Source of the DNA: Sarea resinae
Lineage: Eukaryota
Direction of reading: 5' to 3'
Assembly: GCA_026026165.1 (NCBI GenBank)
Contig: JAPEUD010000031.1
Coordinates: 1-64,000, forward strand
Length of the DNA stretch: 64,000 bases
Shown: positions 37,135 through 49,331 of the stretch, piece by piece
Position numbering within the stretch: position 1 is the first letter of the stretch
How the letters are laid out: every line of letters begins with the position of its first letter
Position numbers and translations under genes: made by a program
The notes under the pieces: model-generated
The model's database searches: none
What the model saw: the letters and a program-made list of their open reading frames with translations, nothing else
Told to the model about the DNA's origin: nothing

Positions 37135-40100
37135 ATGCAGCGTCATGATCAAAATTCTTGGTTTCGACAAAGCAAGAAAGAAGCACTGCATCTTAGTAAA
37201 CAATTCAAGGAAGATTGGGACCTACTGATATAAAAGCAACAAGGTGACTACCCTCAAGAGATATCAAGGAACTTGTGCAAACTGCCAAAGAAAAGAGACG
37301 ATATCGCGGCTTTGATGCGGCTGAATAACCCGTTTGTTTTATTGGATATGTTGTTCCTTGTGAGGTAGTATACTGAAAATTGTAGCAATGAAAATTCAAT
37401 ATCAGTGTCAACATGCAGGCTGATTGTTCCGCCTATCCTTTATTTTAAATAAACACTTACTCGCAATTCTGGGCCACGTCCGTAGAGAATCCGAACTTCG
37501 GCTACCATTCTGACGATGTTGACAGACAACTACCCCTGGATTGTAAGGTCTACTTCATCCCGTGGATCCTAGAAATGGCGCTCAACAGCAAAGTCAGGAG
37601 CTTTCAGTGTGCGCAAACTAGCGAGTTGGAAGTAATTGCAGGTAAACATCAGTCGTGGCTTAGATCAATCGTCCCAAAGACATATAGAGGTCCAAAGAGC
37701 AAGCTTCCACCCGTAGCAGAAAGGCATAACAGTGATTAATGACCAAAGGGCATGCACAACTGCATATTTCCATAGGCAAGCTCAGTATTCAGTCAAAACT
37801 GCAAGATCGGGCCTTGCACCCAGCCCAAATGGAAATGGACAGACTCATTGTTCCGCGACCCATATCTTGCTTTGCATAGGCCACTGTATACTCAAGTGAG
37901 TCTGAATTGTTTCCCATGACCGAGAGAGCGTTCATGCTGGGGCTACAGCCGAATCCAACCTCCCACAACAAACAGCTTGTCAAATGACACGTAGTTCCAC
38001 CTTTAACCCCCCGGGTCTGGAAGATACCCGTTCCTTTGGGCTTGTTTTCCATCTGCCAGGTTATCCATAAAGGGGGGCGTAGCTGGATCGCAACGGTACC
38101 GGCGGTGCTGTAAAGCCAACAGGAATTCCTTATGAAAGGAGACAGGTCTAGAGCCTGTTTCCATGGACGTCTCAGTTCTCGTCCGAAACTCGCTCCCCAT
38201 TTCTCTACAGCAACCGTTGGCACGACGAGCACTTGCTGTTGTTGGCTTTCCTGGCCACGACACCCAATTCCATGGCATCATCCCTGTAAACCTCCCTGTA
38301 AAGACCTAAATCAGACAACCGCCCACATTCACAGGGAACTCTCGAAGACTTCAGATACCAAGCCCACATTTGCTACACCAGCTGGAAATTCTGGACCATC
38401 CAAATTGCAGCATCATAAGTAGAATTTGAAAGATAATGTCCATTTCGTGCTCCTGATATGGGTCTCGGCATCCCAGAACTTGGCAGTATGTCCGCTCGAG
38501 TCGCTCTCGGGCTGGAAACAAGCACATCAACAGATTAATTCGAAAAGTCTTCGTATGATGCTCAAAGTGCGGCCATATTTCAGCTTCGAAATGACGGGTG
38601 AGCTCCCTTTAGATATGAGAATCATCGTCCGTAGCCCTGCATGTACCTATCAAATCTTCCTAATGGAGGACAAAAGGTGCTTAGCCTCGTAACGGCCTAT
38701 GCTACTGAAGTGCAAGGTGTTCTGTCGACCAAACGATCCGCGGGCGACGAGAAAACGGCGATGTGATGCAGCCCAATTTGTGCTCATCCGCCACAAGTAG
38801 CCTCGAATATTGCCATTCGCTTCCCTGGCAGCGCATAGGACGATGATTTAACCATGCAAGAGAACTCTAAAGGAGACAGATAGAGCGGAAAAGGTGGAGG
38901 TTTCAAAGAAAACTTTCACAAAGCAAGGCTTCCCCAGCTACCGACTGGATATAAACGACCATTATATCTTCTTCGTTGGGAGACCAAATAAAGACTTGTC
39001 TGGTCAAAGAAGCTATCAACATTCGGAATGCCGCAAGAGATTATTCTCAATCTCTCGACATTGGGAGGCTGAAAGTCAACAAGTTATACGACCTCTTTTG
39101 GAAGCCGGCCACGAAGGTCAGGTCATCGGAGGCACTGCTCCTTACTAGAGTACCCTTCTCCGTTCTGTTGCTTACTTCATCCGACCAGAAAGGCCACTTC
39201 TAGAGGACTTGACCAATCTCGTTCACAGGTCCTGCTCGCTCTTCGTGTGACTTTCACCGGAAATAGCATTACAAATGAACACTCCTTTCCTTCACAACAC
39301 TGTTCTGGTCGAACTCAATTTTCCTCCACTTTCATTGCATAAGAGAAAACAATGCAAAATGTCAACCTAATGCTTATTTGACGATTATTGTTTCAGCATA
39401 ACGAGTCCTTTATACTGTACCATCTTGCGAAGATAAGTCAGTCGGGTCTTCCTTCCGGCTCGCTGCGCAAGATCTGGAATGGCCTTACTTCGAGAACATG
39501 CAGTCTGGTATCTTCTTCTTCCTAACAGCCTGGGGAGAGCAGCTTATCCCATCGTGGTACCTGGAATGGCCCGGGCCTTCCATAGAGGAACTCTGAATCG
39601 CTATACAGAGCTGCCATTGCTAGAAACATCACCACCAATACATCGCATGATACGAGCGCGGTCCTTGAGCGCGTTGAGAGCATTCGGCGCTCGAAACATG
39701 ATGGTATCACACTGGAAGGTTGATCACTTGGTCCTGCCTAATTTCGATAAGATGGGAAGGCTGGTCTTCTGCTATAACGCAGATGTCGTGACGGTGATCG
39801 TCAAGTCGGTGGGTATTCTGTTGCCTACGGACAGAATGTAAGGCCGTTGGAAAGGACAGGAGCACAAGGGTTGGCGGTGCAGAAATTTTCAGAAGGAAAA
39901 TGCGGATCACGATTTCGACACCTCAATCTTCCGGCGCGACCATATGCTTTGGTGATCGAAGATCTGGTCCAGGTCGCTCCAGAGATGTTCCGTGAGATAA
40001 TGTTGTCCGAGACATCTCGAGAGAAGTCTTGGATGCGTGGGCATGGACGAGCCAAGGAGCTGGGAAGTGCGGATCCTAACCAGCACTGCAACCCATATGC

Positions 40101-41300
40101 AGGAGAACGGCAACCCTAAGACCGTTTGGATGAGCTTACTGCGACGGAATCTCCCACGGTAGGGACCCTTGTTCCGATGAAATTGACGCCCTCAACCGTC
40201 TGGCTAGGACGCTGGGAAGCCAGTACACCTGTAAACCGTAGTAATTGGCATTGACCTTGATCTTCTTCAACTGGAAAAGCAAGGAAAATCGGTGGAGTTG
40301 ACAGGGAGAAGATAGAACGAGAGTCCCAAGAAAAGAACGACGGCGCATAACAACCTAGCACAACAAAGACCGTATCCGAAAATAAAGATCGACCATAAAC
40401 CACCATCCCAAGAGGAGTTTTTCTAGATCGCCTTCAATCATAGGGCGTATGCGTGTTGAGACTAGATTTGCAAAAGTCACAACAAGAACACGAGGTTCAT
40501 TATGAGTCAAAGCTCGTCCTCGAGCGGAAGAGTACTTTCTCCGCTCGAGACGACAGCCTCACTCTCGGGCTACCTCCGGATTGTCTATCGGAGGTCAAGT
40601 TCGGCATTTAATGCTGAATCAAGATGTAGATGCAAGTGAAATAGCATGTCCGAGGAAAAACCCATCACCTATCTCGAGCTGTGACAGGATCTCGAACAAT
40701 GCGACGACGACGATTGTCGATCGATTCGCCTCAGCGGACATTGCTTCGTTGATCACTGCCAACAAATGAGAAAACTCTTGCTGCAGTATAAATCCAATGA
40801 GGATCTGTGCGGGCATGACTCGGATCTCGGGCCTTGTGGGACGTTATTTGAGCGAAATGATACGGTACACGAAGTGATCCTAGACGAGAATTATGAATAA
40901 AATGCATTGACGGGGCTGCTCTGCGCGTCATCCTACCACCACCTGCCTGGTAAATGGTGGAGAGTCTCCAGTATCAAATGAGGTGGTAAACCGCGCCGTC
41001 GGATGGGGTTTCGTGGCGTGGCTTAGAGGCGCGAATCATCCCGCATATGGTGTCAGTCGGATGAAATCTACCATGTATGTCACGCCCATAGTCCGGAGTA
41101 GTCTCAGCCTCCGTCTGGTATAAAACCCGAACGCGAGGCGTGGAACAAATTGAAGATCGCCGAATAGAGCATTGTTCAGCTACTCGTTGAGGCTGCTTCA
41201 TCTTCTCGAGCGATATCACGTAGGTAGGCATGGAGGCGTACCCAGAGTAAAAGGTAAGGCGGACTCTTGAAGACCCTGAAGAGAGATCTAGTGTGACCTC
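37135..41300 (+). pseudogene. Decayed gene-like block of unknown family (boundaries approximate)
   Basis: About 4 kb of complex, microsatellite-free sequence with successive short protein-like + strand ORFs broken by stops and frame changes. No family motif recognised. Confidence 0.3.
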
Positions 41301-41500
41301 ATCGTTACCTCTTGTTGTTGTTGTTGTTCGTACCTGCATACCTACCTTACCTGACATGCCTTACTTACCCACCTACCAATGCATAGCTGACGTGAGGCCG
41401 TCTCGACCACCGGAGTTGAAGCCGAAGAAGAACAAGACCAACAATCGAAACCATCATTGATCGCAGGCCTTGGACGGACTCTACACCGCCATCTACCAAC

Positions 41501-42653
41501 ATGGGTGAGATACAGAGATGGACGGTGACCGAGGTGCGGTGTGAACCCCAGACATGCCCTACAGACACGCGGCTGATGCCTTTGTACCTGTGCAGCCTTA
41601 TCTGAAGATTGACTGCGGATTGGGTGAAGCACCTTTTCACGAGGAGAAGACCAACACCCTGCGCTTTGTAGACATTATCGGGAAGAAGATTTACGCCATC
41701 GACCTCGATCGGGGACCAGGGTCTCTGGCGGTGTTGGGAGACCTTGACGTTCCCGTTGGAGTGACAGCAGACATTGAGGGTACCGACGCAGACATTCTGA
41801 TCGCGGCGAAGACTGGCTTTGCCGTCTTCAATCGAAAGACACAGGCTTACAGGGAGATCAATCGAATCTGGGATGAGAGAGATGGAGACGTCTCCAGCAA
41901 AGAGAAGAGGTTTGACGTCCAGTCGTTCTACTTTTGAGCTCGACTGATCAATTGGAAGGATGCGCTTCAACGATGGCGCCGTAGATAGTCATGGCCGATT
42001 TTGGGCGGGTGCTATGGATGACCCAACTATCGTAGATTCTACTGATGAAGGTATGCAGCCATTCTCGCGGCGCATGGATGCTTGACCCGATCTTCTTCAA
42101 CTTCCCCCAGAACTAAGTCGCTATCGGAAAATACTAACCTCGGTTTGAAGGAGTCCTATTCCGCCTAGATCCAGACGGTAGTCTGCATCGAGTCCTTGAA
42201 GGTGTAACAATACCGAATGGCATTGGCTGGTCGATGGATGACAAGACGATGTACTTCACCGACTCGCCAACGAAGAACATCTTTGCCTTTGACTTTGACG
42301 CAGCTACAGGGGAGATCAGCAACCGGCGAGTATTCTTTCACGTGGAACACGAGGAGGCTGTCCCTGATGGCTTTGCCATCGACGAAGATGGCTACGTCTG
42401 GACTGCTCTCTTCGGTGGGGGTAGAGTCTTGCGTATCTCTCCCGAGGGCAAGGTCGTGGGAGAGATATTGCTACCAACACGCTGCATTTCCTGTCCCGGG
42501 TTCGCCGGAGACGAATTGTTCATCACAAGCGCCGCAGAAGAGGAACCCGACAAGTACCCAGAGTCGAAGAGGTATGCTGGCAGCTTGTTTCGCTGTAAGG
42601 TGGGGGTGAGAGGGCAATTGGTTCACCGCAGTAAATACCAGATCAAGACATGA
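41501..42653 (+). CDS. SMP-30/gluconolactonase/regucalcin-family protein
   Basis: MGEIQRWTVTE/PYLKIDCGLGEAP, RFNDGAVDSHGRFWAG, IPNGIGWS, PDGFAIDEDG, ELFITSA; three introns. Confidence 0.92.
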
Positions 42654-45600
42654 CGAGCGACACACATGAAGAATGTGGGTGGGTCACTGAAAGAAATGGG
42701 GCAGTCTTTTCACGAGGAAAAGCAGCAAATTTGGTTCATTACTTCAGTAGATAGATCGGGAGATGTCAGAGGAAGCCTCCAATATATTCGGGGATTCGCT
42801 CAATATTATCGTCTCTGACAAGAGGGGCCAGAGAAGTCTGACTAAGGCTTGAATGCGTCTGCACTGTTCTTCGGGCGAAAGTGTTCCTGGATGCTTGCGC
42901 CACTGTCACCTCAATTTCCTTCCTAGGCTCTCGGCTGATCAACTTTCGTCACCGGGTCGGCATCATCAAACATCCATGGATTCCAAGCCAGGAGCTCATG
43001 GGAGTCCCCCTCGGGCCCCATTCTCCCACACCAGCATCATCCGGTATCCTTCGTGCAAGGTAGGGAGGGAAGCGAGATTGGGGGTTTCGGTCGGAGTCTC
43101 AGCCCAGTCCTGCCCTGCTCACGATTATTGTGTATCGCGACAGGAGAATCAGATCGTGAGAAGGAATCATGATTCACCATCATCATCGCGAAGGCTTCTT
43201 CTTGCACTACTACAACGCAGTAGTATGACCTACCTTACTGTACCGTTGAGTCACTCACCACCTGGCCTTACTGCGAAGTAGTCCCGCGAAATACTCACAT
43301 TAGCCTGAGGTGGACATTGCTTTTGCCTTCTCTCGTGCGGAAACCTTCAGGTTCCACGTTGCTTTTGTCGAGCGGTGTGACGTATCTGTCGCTGGCGCAG
43401 CCATACGCTACTTCGTACCTACCTATCGTCCAACCAGCAGATGCGTCATGTCCATGAGGTGGCTACCACCTCATCCATCTCATGCTGTGCAGTGTCGCCG
43501 CCGCCGCCGCTGTCGCTAATGTTCCGGTGGCTGTTCTGATTTCCCCCACCACCCCAAGCCCCAATGAGAGCCCCGTGGATGCTACTCCGGAGTATCCTTC
43601 CTGACCTGGGCCATAGCCCTGACTTCCATACTCTACTCCGTAGCTCCTCGTGCCTTATGCAGCCTTGTATCTCGATACGGGCTGCCCCATCGAAGACGGC
43701 CGGGATACATTTATCTCTCACCGTCCAAATCCAACTCGCCCGCAGTGAAGCCGTGGCTGGTCGAAAGATGGCAAAGCGCAGCCAGCGTCTTTGGGGGAAA
43801 GCCTGGGTGATGGATGGCACCAGCAGCTATTATAAATATAGGTAGGTACCTTGTGTACCTTGATCTCGGCAATTTCAGTAATGACGCGGATGACCATAAA
43901 CGGTCGAGTCTACTCATCACCTTAAATTTAAGACAAATTAAAGTTTTGCGTAAGACCTTACCTAAACCCTCGACCAGATTGGAAACCAAAGGAACCCTGG
44001 TCCGTCGGCTCCAGAGTAAGACAAGATGGGTCTGCCCAGAAGACGCGCTCAAGACGGCACATCAACTGCTCCGATGTTGATGGGGCAAGCATGGGCTCAT
44101 TCCACTCCAAATTGCCTATCTGGTAGTCTCCATCCATCTGAATCCTGTCTTTGGCACCACCATCGTTACGCCGCCCCTCGTACCTCGGACAGGCTATCTT
44201 AGCCATGCCAGTCGGTGAGAGCTGAGAAAGGAAATGAGCTCGAGGGTTCCCTTCCCTGCAGCCGGGGCGCTCTTGGAACCGATGCGATGGGTGACAGAGA
44301 ACGGTTGCCCGAACGGTCAACACCTCCGCCAAGTCGGGAAGTCCTGCTGTAGCTAACCGTGGAATCCTCCGACCGCCAGGAGTCGCTTCCTCGTGCGCGA
44401 CTATCGACCTCCGGCTGTACGCTCCACGCCTTGATTCTTGTGGCTGCTTACGCGCAGAGTCACTACTACTCGTAGCCTGCGGTGCGAAATGCATCCATCT
44501 CTCGCCTCTCCCTCACCTCTCGAATCAGAGGGGCGGCATCTACTGCAAACTACATCCAAGCCACTAACTCCCTTAGACTTGCAATGCGAAATGCCCTATG
44601 GACCTAGGCTCTTGAATCCGGTCTCGGGCCTGCTTTCCGAAGCAGGGGATACCAGGGCACGCCGGGGCACACCACTTGCACCGACTCAGTACAAATCGAG
44701 ACCAGATTAACAGGCCAATTTAATCTCGAGCTGTCAAGAGTCCCGAGTAGAGTATGCCGTGATCAACCTTCGAGCGCCATCGATCGAAGCTAGCTGGTCC
44801 GTGGACCGGCTATCTGAGGCGGAGGTAGGGCACGAGGGCTCGCGCGCAACGAAAGGACCAATTGGAATACAACCGCCCTTGATTGCATGTAGCACGCAGT
44901 CTCGGAATGGGTCAATTTGGCAAGGTAACGATGCGAATGCGAATGCGAACGCGAATGCATACTACTGTAGGTAATGTGCTGTTGTGCTGGCACCCAAGAA
45001 GGAGTCCTTTGCCAGGGAGATTGATGGATACCTATATGGAGTGCTGTACTATGATCATGTATGAGGTGGACGCTGTCTGTCTGTTACTACTGTTGACGAC
45101 AAAGACGCATTGGTTGTGCTGCCAAAGGGATGATGGGTCAAATCCAGTCCATCCATACCACCGCCAACGCCATGCCATGCTATGCCATGCTATGCTATGC
45201 TCTGCACGGGCATGCACGGGCACGCACGGTACCACGCCTACCTAATGCCATGCGTGTGAATCATGGACGTCCCGAATGGACGGGGGCATATGCAAGCGTC
45301 GCGTCGCACCGTACCGGACCTGGTGCATGTGGATAACCGCGACACACAATGACACGCGCACGCGCACATGATCAAGATGCATGCGGCAGGGATATGTTCG
45401 CTGCAAGAGTTCCGATAGCAGACGCCTCACCGCGAGTCAAAAGCAACAACAAGACAGACGCTGGATAAGGCAAGTGACTGCCACTCGGTCCGTCAGGCCG
45501 ATGGTCCGTCTCATCTGTCCTCCATCAGTCCGATGTGGCAGGGGAATACATACGTACATTTGGGGCTAATTTCCTGCCAACCGCTGGGGCACGAATCGCC

Positions 45601-48278
45601 TAGGGGTTGCGATATGAAATCGAAGGATCCTCTCTCCTGGATGTACTCTGAGTAGAGAGTATTCGTACTCGGGCGAGTCAGGTACGACGATGCCGATGAT
45701 GGGCTGGCTCCGGAGTACCTTCATACACGCGTACGTACTTCGTACCTACTCTGTACATCTTTCCTCGAAGGAGCAAATACGAAGATCCCACGGACTGCGG
45801 CCCCCCTTACGACGTCCGTCGATACGTCTTCGTCCATCGATGAAGCCATCGGCCCACGGCCATATCATTGGAGACCCTAAGGTACGACACAGGCTTGGTC
45901 TACCAACCCCACGGTGTGCGCTGGTGGCAGGGTTTGGTGCAGGGACTGGCCGAGCAGGTCACGTAGAAGTACACCGGAGGCGTGTGATGGTCCACTTCAA
46001 GGTCGTGGAAAGGCAAATATTGAACGGATCCATGGATGGACGTCCATCAATTCTGCGCGTATCGTAGCACGGGCACATCGCTTGGCCTCCCGCTGGTACC
46101 ACGCCGTCCGTCCCGTCCCATGTCTGGCAGCAGGCAATGGACCGGAGCAGACCAGCTTCCAAGTGTATCTACTCTATCCATGAATACTCGACTCTACTAC
46201 GTACAGCATCAGCAAGCAACCTGAACCCAGCGACGCCGCATTCTCGGTGCCTGCAAGCCCGACGGCACTAGAGAGACGACGGGCTCTCCGCTTCCAACTA
46301 GCCACCACGCCAGTTGCGTCGCCGGTCGTCTTGCATATGTAACGGCAATGGCACTGGGACTGGTGTCCCCATGGATGTCCGGACATTTGGGATTGGCTCG
46401 CGCTGCAGACATGCAGCCAGACACATGGGTACGGGGTCCGGCAACAGCGAAGCGTCCGCTGCAATCACATTGTCCAAGCCCACATATCCGTCGGTGAACC
46501 GAAGATCATGGCCCGTTGCGGGGGGAAGCCCTCCGACAGATTGGTGCTGAAGTGACCACAAATAATGAAACGCTCTTCACCTGGGCGCCCTGTGCCGTAA
46601 CTTTGTAATGGAGTAGAGTACACTCTCCATGTCAGGGCAAAGACCGGTACAGGAGGGCAGTTAACTTGGTCAGTGTAGATCGGGCCAATCTACAGAGGCA
46701 CCTCTTCAGGTCCCGTCAATCAATCTGGACTGATCAGGGTGCATGAGGATTTATGTTCTGTGTTTCGTGCTCCTCCCTAGGAAAAGTGCATTGCTCTACT
46801 GCGAAGCTTCCACCGGGCTCTAACATTGAATGTTTTGGTCTTCCCGCTAGATCTGCCTGTCGATCCTCGCGCGAAACGGTGTCTTCTTCACGCCCTCTTC
46901 CGGCGCAGGCCAAAGCAGCGTCATTGGATGATGATGGCAAGCGCGAATCACGAGCACCTCGTCCATCAAATGCCGTCGCTATGCGCTTTATGCATCCCTC
47001 TTTAATTTATCCCCCTGAACGCCCTCTGGCACACCACAGAGCTGGAGGTTGCTTGCAAATTCCGTCACCGCCCGTACTTCTCGGACACCATGTACTCGGA
47101 GTACTATGCGATGCATCGGGCATGTATGTACACCTCACCTCGTCCACCTACTCGTACATACTCGGCCGCGTACAAAGTCGTAGATTGGGAAAGCAGGGTA
47201 TGGCGCTGCAAGGCAGGGTTTGCGACAGCCGAAGCATCCTCCCCCAGCCCGCTCATTTGCTGCTCCGACAGTCCGATGATGCACTTCCACCAGAAGGACC
47301 ACCAGTACTACCAGTACCGGCTGTTCCAGAATGCTCGAGAGCTGCTCTCTTCGTCAGAGGCTAAGCCAAATGAAGCTACGGAGGGCAATTGGGTCCTTCG
47401 GGAAGCCCTTGCGGTGAACGACACACACGCGCTCTCTTCTCTCGATGACTCCCGTGTACGATTATTCACAGCTCTAGAATGGTGCCATGGCACTGGCAGA
47501 TCGAGCTGGTATGTGCTCGGAGAGGTACTACTGCTACACTTGCTACGTGGTAACATCTGCTCATACCTACATGCTCAAATGGTATCCTTTCGATCTGTTG
47601 GATTCACATGAAGCTCTGAAAGGGCAGCTATACGAGGGCGTAGATCTCGGCGTGGTGCGGCTAGCAAAGGCCAGGCAAGGGTTTCCGTCGAAGAGGAATT
47701 GGAGGTTGCTTAGGGTCTGCTTTCCACCTCTACGATGTAGGTAGGCGTGTACTCCGTACGGCGTAGTCCCGGTACCTCATATCGAGCCATACTTCATACA
47801 CACGAGTGAGTACTTCCACCTTATTCGAGACGGCGGCACACATGGAATCCTTGGCTTGAAGGCTTGACGGGGGCGGGCGGGTTGGTGGTTGGTGGCCCAT
47901 GACGGCATGGACCGTGGGGTACCTGCTGGGACGAACCTGGAAGCCAAGAGGGAAAGGAAGAGCTGGCCGGGTCGAGTCCAGGAGTGTCCAGTGGAACGGT
48001 ATGGTAAGATATAGGTTGGATCTACAGTGCTACTACGGCGTCCTGAGCTTACCAAGGCGTGCCCACTGCGGTCCATGTACTGGATCATCACGATCATGGC
48101 GGTAGTTGGACGAAGACAGAGCACCCGTCAGGAGCACGGAGAGTGCCTCTCGAGGGTGATCATCATTGATACCTTTCGGGCCTTGCTGACCGTCCCTCGA
48201 ATGCGGAATAGTCACCGAAGATCGTCCTTTATCATCCATCACCTACGAGCCCAGTGTTGTACCGACGGCGACTATCCG

Positions 48279-48303
48279 CCCCCCCCCCCCCCCCCCCCCC
48301 CCC
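48279..48303. repeat. poly-C homopolymer (25 nt)
   Basis: Read directly. Confidence 0.95.
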
Positions 48304-49121
48304 TTGATCACTACTCACTTACCTATCAACCCTACCTCCTTAGTAAGTAACCTTACTTGCTCGTTCGTCTCGGGCGTGCCCTGATGCTGAATGAGTGGTC
48401 ACACCATTCACGTGGGTCGCCCGCTCAAGCTAACTTCCCTCTCTTCCCCCCGACCATCTCGTCTTCCCGTCTTCCGCGAGCCACCGCTTTTGTTTGGGGA
48501 CCAACTAGAGGCATGGGGGGCGAGAGGGCCGTCAGGATCATTGGGATCGTTGCCAGCTAGTGCGCAAGTCTACCATGCTTGCTCACGGTGCTAAGACGCC
48601 AACAAGCTACCTTGGTAACTATCCTGTGCGCTTACACCTGCACTTGGCAACCAGCATCTGTATTGCCTACCGCTAGGGCCTGTCTGTGCCTGTCCGTGCC
48701 TGTCGGTGCCTGTACCAAATGTCCCTGGTGGTCTCAATATTGGCTGTCAATCTTCCCAATGCTTACCGTCTTGGGTAATCTACTTTCTCCTACGCCCCGT
48801 ATCCCAGCGCGCAGTCCCGTACGGATCTCTCATGCTTTCTACTCTACTCGACTCGACTCGACTCGTACCTATGGCGCCAAGCACCAGCACCATGGACAGG
48901 CCCCAATAGCGTAATCACGGCAAGCAAGACAAGACAAGACAAGTCCCGAACGCTGTCATCATCCTTTCCTTCTTCTTCGCTCACCGCATCATCCTTCACT
49001 CTGTTCACCACTGTTATTTGTTGCATACCCGATCTGGGACTCATCTTTCTTCTCAGATATAATATCACTTGTGTCTTGCTTCCGAATTACAGGCATTGAC
49101 CTTTGTTGTCCTCCCGAATCT

Positions 49122-49282
49122 ATGTCTGGAGCTACTGTTCGGTGAGACGAACGGCTACCGTTCCTTCCTTGACCGGGGTCCCTGCTTCGATACCTCATCT
49201 TGCAGCTAGCTATGAAGCACTGTGTGCTGACCCTTTCCTGCTGCCTCGACTCTGCAGCGGAGATTCACACAATCAACTTTGA
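49122..49282 (+). promoter_or_regulatory. Candidate spliced upstream ORF (MSGATVRGDSHNQL*) in the bZIP leader
   Basis: ATG 49122; donor GTGAGA 49142; branch GCTGAC 49226; acceptor TGCAG ending 49257; TGA 49280-49282. Confidence 0.5.
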
Positions 49283-49331
49283 ACTTCACCAAAGGTCTCT
49301 GGCCTCGTGTCTGTTTGCCTAAACCGTCACC

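Noticed and set aside
42651..42820. Stop readthrough of the SMP-30 gene (TGA-C context, long open tail)
   Set aside because: Not the TGA-CTA motif, and the extension ends YRL, which is not a canonical PTS1.
46753..47744. Overlapping 85-203-aa ORFs upstream of the bZIP
   Set aside because: No motifs, atypical composition and no coherent splice model.
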